Shown in pieces: positions 24,395-39,227 of a DNA stretch of 64,000 nucleotides. The first letter of the stretch is position 1; the number at the start of each line of letters is the position of its first letter. The stretch is from the NCBI RefSeq assembly GCF_902459465.1, contig NC_047082.1:10292001-10356000 (forward strand), read 5' to 3'. Under the pieces are notes generated by a model, which saw nothing but the letters and a program-made list of their open reading frames with translations, searched no databases and had not been told where the DNA came from. The DNA comes from Asterias rubens (Eukaryota). A program made the translations under genes and the position numbers.

Positions 24395-27300
24395 ATGGCT
24401 GACAGTGTGCAGACATTAGAGCCCGGTTACCGGAGATCTGTCGGTGGAGGGAGACCTGGTAGACTTCATAAAGGTAAGTTTTGAAAGCAGTTTAACAATT
24501 TAATATTTATTGTATTTTTATTTTATATTATAACACTTTTTTAATATTGATCAGAACTTAATCTAATTCGTGATAAAACCAAAATTGTTGAAAAAGGTGC
24601 CCCACCCGCCGGATAATCTTCCGCACGTCGCCACCAATTTATCCGCCGTTATTTAACTCCAAAACCACAGAATTGTTTTCTTACCTGAGAAGAAGGGTTA
24701 CCGCATATTATACTTTTTCACTCATTTTTAATTTAAAAAACAAAAACAAAGCAAAGGAATGGAATGGATGATGGAATTGATGGAACATTTTTGCTGTTGA
24801 CATTGTTCGTACAAATTATAGTGTAGGTTTTGAATACTTCTTACTTGCAGTATTTTTTCTAAATCTTCATATTTTTAAAAAGTCTTTGCCATGCTTGACC
24901 CTTTGTCTTTAGTTACAGTAGAGAGTCATGAGAGTCGCTATAATAAGTGTTACTGTTGAATAATAATAAAATAATTCTCTTGATTTATTCTGTTCTTTGA
25001 ATCTTTTCAGGACCGGGTGTTGTAGCAGCAACTTCTTCAATACCAACAAAGTATCAAACCATAGTAACATCAAATGCTGATAAAAAGGGTTTTGGGGGAA
25101 CGACTAAACGGTTCAACCATGATTTAAACACTGTAAGTAGAGGAGTTCAGGATCGGATTAACCCTGGGCCAGTTTCATATTGCTGCTTATTTGTCTGTAA
25201 GCATATTTGCGTGCCAACTACAGCCACAAATTTTGCTTTATTTTGCAGCTGCAGTAATTGCAAAGTACATTTTCACCTGTTTGGACTTTATAACTTTAAA
25301 ACACTTTGTTATTATTTTCCTTATAATCGTGAATATGTCACTTGTGGTATTGTTCCTGTGTTTTATGCATGACTCTGTATATTAATTTGCTCTGTTTCAT
25401 TTTGCAGCTGTCAGTATTTGCAAAATACACTTCACCTGTTTTGACTTTACAACTTTGTAACACTTTGTTATTATTTTCCTGTTAAAATTGTGAACATGTC
25501 ACTTGTGGTATTGTTCCTGTGTTTTATGCATGACTCTGTATATTAATTTGCTCTGTTTCATTTTGCAGCTGTCAGTATTTGCAAAATACACTTAACCTGT
25601 TTTGACTTTATAACTTTGTAACACTTTGTTATTATTTTTCTTAAAATTGTGAACATGTCACTTGTGGTATTGTATCTGTGTTTTATGCATGACTCTGTTT
25701 AAAAATTTTAGTTCAGTATTTGTAGTTCAGGATTTTAATATTTATAATTCAGTTATCATACTGCTTTGATTCTGCTCCTTAAGACTTTGCTTTTCTTAGA
25801 ATTAGGCCTAAACATTTGTATTTTGGGTTTTCTTGTTTCAATTTGATAATTTTTAATGTTCTGTGCTTTGCTCATTATTATATCACAATCTATTTCTAAT
25901 TGTTATACCTTTATTCAAATTACATGTGAGTGTTTCCTTTTTTTTTAAATGGACTTGCTAATTCATGTGTTTTATGGATATTATTATAAATTAATTTGAT
26001 TGTTAAAGGCTTCAAATGAAGATGATATTTAATTACACCTTACAGAACGCCAATCCAGGGCCGGGTTCCTATGGAAATCTCAGAGTTGCGGTTGATAAGA
26101 CAAGTTCATCGCTATCAAAGAAGGGACTAGGCGTTGGCTTTGTGTCAAAGGTAAGGACTTTTAAGATATTGTTTGACTAGTATAGACCTGGGCCCAATTT
26201 CATAGAGCTGCTTAAGCACAAAATTATGCTTAAGCAAAAAAATCCTTGCTTAGTAAAATCAGATTACCGGCCAAGACTCCACACAATTGTTATGCTAAGT
26301 AAACAACAGCTAAATACCAGCCACAAGCAAAGTATATAGCATGACATTTTTGCTAGTAACATGTGAAAAATAAGCGAGCTATTTTCATGCTTAAGCAAAT
26401 TTTTGGCTTAGCAGCTCTATGTAATTGGCCCCTGGTTATAGGCAGTTACAGGTTATATGGCTTCTGAATGGCAACCCTGAACAAACTTATTGACAAAATA
26501 GGGAGACCACCAGCATAGGGCTAGATAGCTCAGTTGGTAGAGTGCCAAATATTAATCTGGAGGTAACAGGTTCAAGTCCCCCTCGAGTTTTATTTTCTTT
26601 GTTCAATGCAAAGTCATTAAAAAATGTACCCAGTCCTTTTCCCCTTGTCGTTTACTACTTAGTTATTCACATCGTCATTTTTTGAACAGGTGCGTAGAAT
26701 ACCTCGAAATAAAGGCACCCCAGGCCCAGGATCGGCGGCCTACAATCTACCTAGTCTACTCCGTACTCAGTCAGATCACAACCAGGCGTCGGTATCCAGC
26801 TCCTTCCATAAACCCATTGCTGTTGTTCAGGACAAGAGAGGTAGTCAACCAGCTCCTAACCAATACCACGTAAGTCATTTTCACCCCCAGTGTGCACACA
26901 CCACTGCAATAGAATTCAGTGCCCAATTTCAAAAAGTAGCTTAGCACACAAATTATGCTTACCAGAACAAGGTTACCAGCCAAACTAACCTGGTGTATGT
27001 ACAATTTTTGACTGGTATACTGCTTATTTCTGCTAAGCAGAAAATGTTTACACAATTTTGTTTGCTTAAGCAGCTCCATGAAATTCTGCTGAGGAAAATG
27101 ATGAGCCCTGTGTACTGGAGTCTGTGTCCTGGGTACAATTTTAAAGAGCTTTCAAAGATTTTTCGAAGTATCAGTAGTACATGTGTGTTATGTCATTTTG
27201 TTATACATATTTCAACCTCAGCCCAAGATGAATAACTTGCATTCTTTGTGTTCTTGTTATTGGTCGTGTTGAAAAAAAGTGGTTTATAAATTGATTGAAT

Positions 27301-30300
27301 GATTATTTTTATTTTCCCACCATAGATATCAGACGACATACTGCATAAAAATCATGGCAGCCAGTTTCAAGCATCCTTCAAATCCACAACAAAAAGGGTT
27401 GACTTCCAAGGCCCTCGGACACTAGCCCCAGCTCCTTGTAAGTGATGAATCTCTTTCTGATTTTTGTTTTCTAAATGTATTTAAACATGATCCGTTTAGA
27501 TTTTTGTAAAGTTTCGTTGAAAATTATTTTCTTACTTGAGAGCTCTAAGGCTTTTTGCTAGGATACAGGCTTCGAAATAACCCACGACACACGCAGCGTG
27601 CCCTTTGAGCAGTTGCAATACAAATTTACATTTTCCTCATAGAAGTTCCCCTTTACTTGATTCAAAACCTGAGGATCCTTTCTATAAGTTTTCACAGCTG
27701 TAATCTCTAAGTATTTTGAACGGTTACTGTACAGTGAAATTTGAATTCCTACTGGACCACAGCATTTTGTATTGAAAAAAATCTTTTCTAATTTGTTCTT
27801 TCTTTGTGTATGCAGGCCAGTACAATATTAACGACTCCCTCACAAAAGAGTCATCCAAAGCAACAACAAGCAGCTTCAAGTCAACAACGAAACGGCAAAT
27901 GGCTGTCTCCCCAGCAGATGTAAGTTGAAAAACAGCTGCTTAGCAGGAAACAGCGTGATAAAGCTGCTTAGCAGGAAATACTGCTTAACAAATATCTTCA
28001 ATGCAAAAATCTAACCTTTTAATGAAATGTTGGTTGATAACCTGTTTTTGCTAAGCCATATTTACCTGTGTTGGCAGGTTTTCATGCTTACATGCTTTTT
28101 CGAAAGTGGGCCTTGGTATTTGTTCACATAGCACCAGGGAAGCTAAACGATCGCACCCATAATATTGCTTTTATTTGAACAAGCAATTAAAAACCATTTA
28201 CCTAGTTTATTTATCTTTGTAACTTGATACTCAACAGAATTGTAAGAAATTATCGTACTCAAAAGTAAATGTTTGAAAATCTGTATTTGTTGTACTTTTT
28301 TAGAACCCAGGTCCAGGGCAGTACAGACCTCATGAACCAGTTGAAGACCCCGCCAACAAGTTGTTAATGCCGTAAGTTCAACCACTTTAAATTACACATC
28401 CATATAATTTACAGGCATTGAGTTGACAATTCTTCTCCTACCTGAAAACAAACCAATATTTCCAAGTCTGATGGGCAAATTCTAAAATCTCCCTGATTGT
28501 GGAAACTTTGTCCCTATGGTGCTGAATGTTATTTATAAACATCTCACTGATTGTTGTATGACATCTTCTGATTGCAAGATGCAGATCCTGATTACAATAT
28601 CTATTTTAATTTTGTTTTACTTTTACCTGCTCTTAATAATCTTTATATTTGTATATATATCTGTTAATTGTAATTTGTTATTCTTGTTGTCTACTGTTGT
28701 TATGCCTCTCTTGTATTTTCCTTCACAAAGGGAAGACAAATGTCATGTTTTTTTTATTATGAAAATAAATATTTTTAATCTTGTTAAAGATTAAAAATAT
28801 TTATTAATTAAAATTAATTAAACTTAATTTAATCTTTAAGCTGCAAATGCTGGCAAAGCTCTCTGCTGTAAGACTTTCCAACGGAAATGCCCTTTGCAAA
28901 ATGAAAATGGCCTTGCCCTCTCAAACTTAAATTTCCATTTCTGTATTTCCTCCATGCATAAAAATGTGTAAAACATAACAAGTGTTAAAACCTTTTGGAA
29001 CAATATGCTTTGGGGGTCACCCTACCACACATGTGTGATAAGCACTCTGGTGGGATTAGAACCCATGACCCTTGCATGAGTAAAACATGAGTAGTGTTAT
29101 AATAGTGAAATAGTGTTACAACTCACTAGTAAATTTTTCTCTGATACTATTTTGATTTAACACTGGTGTGTGTATTTACTCAATGTGTCGACTCTGGTGG
29201 GATTTGAACCCACAATTCTAGAGGAATTGCAACTTTCAAGAGAAAGGCTCTGATAACTATTCGTAAACTTGTGATTCAAATCAATAAAACTATGTATGTT
29301 GATTGTAATCAGTCATTGTGTTATTAAATAAATGCTTGTTAAAGTAAGTTTATTTTGCATTTATTTTAATGATTATTTTTGTTTTATTATTATGTAAAAA
29401 AATACTTCTTAAATCAATAAGTCATATTTTTACATTTGGATTATTGAACGTGTCATTGAGCTCATATGAGTTATACAGGCTTAGAGTAATTAAAAAACTA
29501 AACAAATCAGGGTCTAATGTCATAGAGCTGCTTACCAGAACAGGGTTACCAGCCAAAATACCATGTCACATACAATTTGTTACTGGTATCCTTCCAAGCA
29601 AAACAAACTTAAGCAATATTTTCTGTTTAAGCACCTATATGAAATTGGGCCCAGGTAAATTTCAAGCTGCCAAAACAGACGGCCCAAAATTATAAACGAA
29701 CGTAAAATTAAAATTAAGAATTTGTTGATCCCTTTCAGGAGGAAACACTACCTGTGTATATCGGCTCCTGCCATGCCCCTACCTCCCCCACTCCCAGAGC
29801 CTGGCCCAGGGAGCTATGAGCTCGTCAACTACAAGGGCCCCGCTAAACATTACATGTCCGGTGCAGCGTTCGTCTCGACAACGAGTAGATGGGTGGGAAA
29901 TGTCCAGAAAACTGCTGATCACCCTGGCCCAGGTAAGTCAAATCAAACATGGTGGGATGTTAAAGACACTGGACACCTTCGGTAATTGTCATAGACCAGT
30001 CTTCTCACTTGGTGTATCGCAACATATGCACAAAATAACAAACCTGTGAAAATTTGATCTCAATTGGTTGTCAAAGTTGCGAGAGAATAATGAAAGAAAA
30101 AACACCCTTGTCGCACAAGGTGTGTGCTTTCAGATGCTTGATTTTAAAACCTCGCGTGTGCAGTCCCAATTAAGTTCAAATATTTTACTGAGATATTACT
30201 TCTTTCTCAAAAACTACAATCAGAGGGAGCCGTTTCTCACAATGTTTTATACTGTAAACAGCTCTCCATTGCTCGTTACCAAGTTAGTTTTTATGCTAAC

Positions 30301-30733
30301 AATTGTTTTGAGTAATTACCAATGTGTCCAGTGCCTTTAAAGGGAGGGTACACCTCTGGTAATTACTTCATTTAATTAATATAATAACCATAAACAAAAG
30401 TTACTTGGTAAAAGGCATTTGAGAGCTGCTGATATTATAAAGCATCGCTCAAAACGACACCTTTTAAAATAATATAGTTTTACTGAAAGAGGTAATTTCA
30501 AAATTATAATAAATTCAAATACGTTTATGAAACACAACACATGCCAATTCATGTTAAAACCCTTTCACCCAAATTAACTATGTATTTTAACTATTGAAGC
30601 ATGTCTTTGATAATACATCAGTGCTAATGTTAAGACCTTTTTTTCTAAATCCATTGCAGCTACGTACAGACCAGAGACCGTAAGCAAAGGCCAGTCATTC
30701 CTCTACAACGCGCAGAAGAAATGGACATTATGA
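24395..30733 (+). CDS. STPG1: O(6)-methylguanine-induced apoptosis 2 / sperm-tail PG-rich repeat protein 1, 9 exons, 345 aa
   Basis: Exons 24395-24473, 25011-25132, 26046-26150, 26690-26869, 27326-27437, 27816-27919, 28304-28371, 29739-29932 and 30660-30733 total 1038 nt in phase. Several PGPGxY repeats are present, plus SSIPTKYQT, KKGFGGTTKRF, RKHYLCISAPAMPLP and the ending SFLYNAQKKWTL*. Confidence 0.88.
25225..25698. repeat. Three copies of a roughly 160-bp unit in STPG1 intron 2
   Basis: CTTGTGGTAT recurs at 25341, 25502 and 25661 with high identity between units. Confidence 0.9.
26191..26431. mobile_element. PIF/Harbinger-type MITE (CWG-flanked family)
   Basis: TIR GGCCCAATTTCATAGAGCTGC with CTG on both sides. 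Relatives lie at about 4516-4716, 29511-29651, 32137-32355 and 46354-46592, plus fragments near 25168, 26930-27085, 34615 and 39500-39727. Confidence 0.75.
26518..26656 (+). mobile_element. Short tRNA-headed SINE (third family); decayed relative at about 10440-10565
   Basis: TAGCTCAGTTGGTAGAG A box and GGTTCAAGTCC B box. No acceptor-stem pairing. The 3' body is shared with the 10440 copy. Confidence 0.65.
29964..30336. mobile_element. Kolobok-type MITE, followed at a shared TTAA by a truncated second copy (30341 to about 30500)
   Basis: AGACACTGGACAC...GTGTCCAGTGCCT with TTAA at 29960-29963 and 30337-30340, then AGGGAGGGTACACC. Confidence 0.85.
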
Positions 30734-31249
30734 TTGCTGTCAATCATTTATGTTATTATTTTGATATTATTTCAGAGTGAAGGGTTGCACTGGTGGGTGG
30801 GGGGGGGGGATTCGTAGGTCACTGTATTTAGGGATGAGAAATTGCAGACTTTTATCTGAATTCAGACTTCAGTCATTCAGTATCTGCTTTGTGACGTAAA
30901 CAGCTGTTGTTTTCTTCCGATATTAAACCCTGCTTTTTTAAACCCTTTTGAGGATACTGTTCCAAGAAGCTCTTACAAATTTATATTTTGAAAGGGGTTA
31001 ATTTAAGGTTGGAAAGCCATCATTTCAAAATACCTCCTAAAATTTAGATCATAAGTAACATACTTTTGTTTAGTTAGGAGTGACTCTCATTCCTGCTCTA
31101 TACACAATGGTTGATGACTATTTTTGCACATTTTAGGCGACGCAGCGTTATGTCAAAATACATTTCTATTACAAATTTCCTCTATTTCTATCAATTCCAT
31201 CCATGGTGCTTTGACCTTACAAAAGTTTTAGTTGTTTCCATAAACAGTT

Positions 31250-31255
31250 AATAAA
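31250..31255 (+). terminator. Candidate STPG1 polyadenylation signal
   Basis: AATAAA about 520 nt after the stop codon, with further copies near 31307 and 31370. Confidence 0.4.
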
Positions 31256-32136
31256 ACACTTCATAAAACTGTTGTGCTGTACTTAACAATAAGTTGTACA
31301 TTATGTAAATAAAAATATTACAAGAAAAGTTTTATTTATTAATGTAAATACAATAATCTTTGTTTCTACAATAAATTGTATATTTTGACGATTTTGACAT
31401 TAAAAATTGTATTTCATTATCACTGACTTGTATAGCCATTGTGTTTGTTTTTGTTTGTCTCAACTTGTGAAATGATATTAAATTTACCATTTGCGAACAG
31501 ATTGTTAAATATATTTAAGTGTAAAATATTTTGAAATAGCAAAATGTCACTTGTTGATGATTCTTTTATTAAAAAACCCCAAATCGTATTAGATTTGATT
31601 ATTATTTGTTTGTAAAGCTTGAACAAAATACATGTATGATAGTGTCACTATATAAGCAGAATAGCAGGCTGGCCGGTAAAACATAAAGGAGACCAACAAA
31701 CTGTTATCTTTGGGCTTGAATACAGGAAAACTTATTTAGATCTGTGTGACAATACAAAGGTGTCCAGTGAGGTTCAGAGGCGAGCAAGCACTATAAGAGA
31801 AGTAGCAGAAACAGATAGAAGACTGGATCAGGCCACAGTGCAAGATTTCGCACTGGGCTAACTAGGAGTATCTTTAGAAGAAAGCAGACTAGAGAAAAAT
31901 GATGTACATGTATAGGTGAAAAAAAAAATGATTATACACATTGGTCAGTGTGACATGGTCAATGAGGGTGGCCAGAGGCCATAAAATAAACACATAAATT
32001 GATAAAGTCACAGATAGCCTGTCTGGACATGGGTTGTGAGCCTGGGTTGGTGGAAATGAGGCACAACAAAATACAAGCTTACAATTGGTCTTTATTTTAC
32101 ATGGTTAACTTTGTCAAATTGACGTAAACTAAGCAG

Positions 32137-32355
32137 AGCCCAATTTCATTTGCTAAGCATGGAATTTCTTCCTTGATAAAAACAGGATTACCAACCAAAT
32201 TTCCATTTGTTGCATTTTGCTTGTTACTGGTATTTAGCTGTTGTTTGCTTATCCTGAAAATCACGTGGAAATTATAATGGTAATCCTGTTTTTATCAAGG
32301 AAGAAATTTCATGCTTAGCAAATACTTGTGCTTAGCAGCTCTATGAAATTGGGCC
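32137..32355. mobile_element. PIF/Harbinger-type MITE with long arms
   Basis: CAG|AGCCCAATTTCAT...ATGAAATTGGGCC|CTG. Same subfamily as 46354-46592, in the opposite orientation. Confidence 0.75.
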
Positions 32356-32540
32356 CTGGTAACGGACCGAATACTTAAATGTCGATCAGTTGACTAGAAA
32401 ATACTGTTCATATAATACAGAAACTGGAGGCGATAATATTGTTCTTCACGATGCCGCCAATAAGTAAAAACAGCAGACGACACCAGTATGTTGTTTTAGC
32501 GCCACCAACGATGATTGTCCAGGCCTCATAACAGCTTGCG

Positions 32541-32683
32541 GTTTCTATGGCACCGGTGCAACGCCCTCCACCTTACCACCAAACGGGCCTTTCATTGGTC
32601 CAGTAGCGCTGAATGGAGTCTAATTAGCAAATCAAAGGCGCTGTTGTAATGTGAGTTGGTGATGTGTTGTGTTGCTTAGTAAC
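32541..32683. promoter_or_regulatory. Two RFX X-box motifs in the tektin promoter
   Basis: GTTTCTATGGCACC at 32541-32554 and GTTGCTTAGTAAC at 32671-32683 match the X-box consensus upstream of a motile-cilia gene. Confidence 0.6.
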
Positions 32684-32799
32684 AAGCATATGGGCAGTGT
32701 GTTTAGGCCAGCCGCACATCATAAACACGCGTAAATCACATTAGCAGTAGTGCAGCATTGCAAGGAGGCTCAACAGGATAACGGTGGCTAAACCAAAAC

Positions 32800-32892
32800 C
32801 AAACCAAACCGAACCACAAACTCAGACATTCAGCTTTGGTTTGCATCCTTTGAAGAACACACGATTTGTTCTAGTCCTTTCAATTTTTGAGG
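32800..32892 (+). other. Probable non-coding first exon of the tektin gene (5' boundary uncertain)
   Basis: Donor AG G|GTAAGT at 32893, and an acceptor ttttccgaacAG at 33329 that lies 21 nt before the ATG at 33351. X-box motifs lie just upstream. Confidence 0.55.
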
Positions 32893-33350
32893 GTAAGTAT
32901 CCTGTTTTTGTAAATAGATTATAATAATAATTAATCAGAAGTAAAAATAAAATATAAAAATAAAATAAAGCTTTAATTTTAAAAGTTCTTTAAAAAGGCT
33001 GAACATAAACTGTTTTAGGTTGCCGTATTTGTTGATTATAAATGCTTTTATTTATAGAGACTTTTTTATATAAAATGAGTGAGGAGATTGGGTTAGAAAG
33101 TTGGAACATTATCATTTTGTATGAAAGTTGATTAGACCATGGAGGAATAACATGTGTGGAAAACAGCAGTCCTGAAATAGTGAAACAGAAAACAACATTT
33201 TGACTTGAGCCTTCCAAAAGTTCCATTATTAATATTATGCTACACAACTTTGTTTTAATTTGATGAATCGTGTTAGTGTTTTACAAGTCTGCCAAATGCT
33301 AAATTATCCAAACTTCTTTTTCCGAACAGGTTATCTGAAAATCACCAACC

Positions 33351-36618
<3,268 letters not shown>

Positions 36619-36867
36619 GGGTCTTGTTTGGTTCAAAGGGTTGGGGAAGGGGGGGGGGGGGACATTTCAGTATTACATACACTGTAGGAAGGGTATATCA
36701 TTCAATTTATGAAGCAATTTCTGAGCAATGATGTTATGAACAGAGGGCTTGCAGGCCTGGAATTTCATATTGGAGTGCTCGGCCATTTCCATTTTTTAAA
36801 AAGAACAAGAGCAGCGGAGGCCATAGCCTCTGTGAAATTCCAGGACTGGGCTTGTCTCTTTGATTAA

Positions 36868-37028
36868 AGGCCCGGTCCCACTGCAACGATAACTACGCCA
36901 AGAGAATGCATTCTATTGGTTGAATGGGCGAATGCGTATTCTGCGTGGAGCGATTCAACCAATAGAACGCGTTCTCTTTGCGTCGTGATCGTTATCGTTC
37001 TCGTTATCGCTGCAGTGGGACCGGGCCT
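36868..37028. mobile_element. Palindromic MITE in the probable tektin 3' UTR
   Basis: 26-bp TIR AGGCCCGGTCCCACTGCAACGATAAC with 1 mismatch. Inner arms are AGAGAATGCATTCTATTGGTTGAAT and ATTCAACCAATAGAACGCGTTCTCT. Confidence 0.8.
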
Positions 37029-37286
37029 TTACTTGGTTAAAACATTTTAAGTTAAAACTCCATTAAAAGACTCGCTGACTTCCTGGTTTGCAGTAACAAT
37101 TTGGGTTCTTCCAGTATAAAATAGTACTTTCTATTCATCACTTCTCAAACTATCCCACAACAAAATTTATTCTGACCAAGTTAGAGGATTATATTTTCAC
37201 TGTGTTAGGGGGTGAGACCATTTTTAAAAGGTTTTTTCAGTAATACTAAAGTGATCATGTGAAGTTGTAATTTGTAATGTTAACAT

Positions 37287-37292
37287 AATAAA
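37287..37292 (+). terminator. Candidate tektin polyadenylation signal
   Basis: First AATAAA noted after the stop codon at 36618. Confidence 0.35.
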
Positions 37293-39227
37293 CAGCTGAG
37301 AAATACAGCTGTATTCCGTCCCTTTAAATTCCGTCCAATTTTAAGTATGGCACACAAGCCCTGGTTTGTATAGCAATTGACTTTAAGTGTCATTTTTTGA
37401 ATTATACGTTTAAATACGATTGCCTTTTTAACAATTATTTGGGGAATTTATGCACTTTTAGGAAATGGTAACTTGGGGGGGGGTTTTATAACTCATATTT
37501 GTTATTTTTAACCGACCACTTCCAACTAATGTTTTAATAACAAAGACGCAATAGTGCCCAACGAACTGTCTTCTAAAATATTTTTAAACAGGCAAACAAT
37601 TTTTTTGGGTAAGATGCAAATTAGGAGAGACCATGGCTTTTCCCAAGCCTAGTCCTTTACACAGAAAAAAAACACATACAAACGGTATGGGGTATTTTAT
37701 CAAAAGCATTCAACATTTTATCTTTTAGTTTAGCAGCACAGAAAAATCTTCCATCAAATAGTTATGGTCAAATTCTACATGCATGCCTGTATGGACTTAG
37801 GTTTTTTAAAAATAAATAAGCACTTCTCTCTGATGATTGAATATATGTAAATACTGTGTGAATAAAGTGTCTATTAATAACGTTCATTTAATATATTTGT
37901 CAGCAATGCATGGATTTTTGTAATAAAGAAAAGCCTGAAAAATGTAAGAAAAAAGTGTTTTCTCTGACTTTGTTATCCATTGATGTGAGGACATTTCTTT
38001 CCTTTGTTTCATCAGCTAAACCACACAAAGACAGGTTTGTTCCTTTTTTTGTGTTCCTTTGTTCTGCTGTCCCTTCTCTGATTGTGATAGAACCAAGACA
38101 TTGACACAATTCTACAAGGCGTATTGTTTGGGTGTCGATTTATGTGTTGCAAACATTGTGTGTACTCGCCGCTACAAACAAAACAGCGCTTATGGAATGT
38201 TCTTTGGATTCAACGAGAACGACAACGAGAACGTTAACAATGCACGCCCTTAATTGGTTGAATGAGCGTGGGCGTTATTTTTACTTTTCAATAAACAAAA
38301 TTATGTTGACAAAAATTGGCAAATACATTTGTTCATTGTAACATAAAGATGCGCATCCTTTAACTAACACTAATTTAGGCTTTTTTTGTGTCTTCCATTT
38401 GCATGCAGTTTATGTACATTATGTAAAGGTATTGCAAGAAAATTTTTCACATTTAAGCACATAACCCCTTGAGTAGGCCGCCAGGTCAAACAATGGAAAT
38501 GTGCAAGCGCATTATGTGCCACGCACAACTTTCAGTCTGGGTCTTCCTTTGCAATGGGCGAGGGCGCTGTTTGAGCTAACGTCATTGTATGCAAGCGGGT
38601 CTATACATGTACATAACATACACAAAATAACAATGTCATAATTTAGTACATGTAGACAAATTTATTGTACAAATCTTTTGAAAACACAAGAAGTGCAAAT
38701 ATACAGAAAGTAAAACTATACAAAAATGTGAACTTGTACAAAACTGCAGATGAGAAACACAAACTGTATGTAACCCAATAACATACATTTTTCAAAATGA
38801 CATGTATATAAAAATTAACGACTCTATGGACGGATGTACTGTTTCTGAATATTGAAATGGAATCTACACTTGAGTACCATGTGCAGCAGAGGTTACTCTT
38901 TTTTGGATTCACAAAAAGAAAACTACTTTTCAAAGAAAATTTCACATTTCTGATCAAGAGCAAGATACTTGATCATAATTTCTTTGTCCTTAGGATGCGA
39001 CAATAAGCTGTAGGTCTATACTAGGAATGGAATGGAGGGGTAGATTCAGCGTACTGCGATTGGAATGCGCGTAAAAGAACCCATACACCTATCATGGAAG
39101 AGTAGGGGTTAACCCTGGTGTTTCTGGCTCACATAGCAAGCTACTCGCCAGCTACAGTGATTAAGTTCACTTATGAAGCATCGTTGGTTTAATCACCAGA
39201 AATATAAAATAAAATAAAATATTTTCA

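Noticed and set aside
26518-26590. tRNA gene
   Set aside because: A and B boxes are present but there is no acceptor-stem pairing or proper anticodon arm. It continues into a body shared with another dispersed copy, so it is a SINE head.
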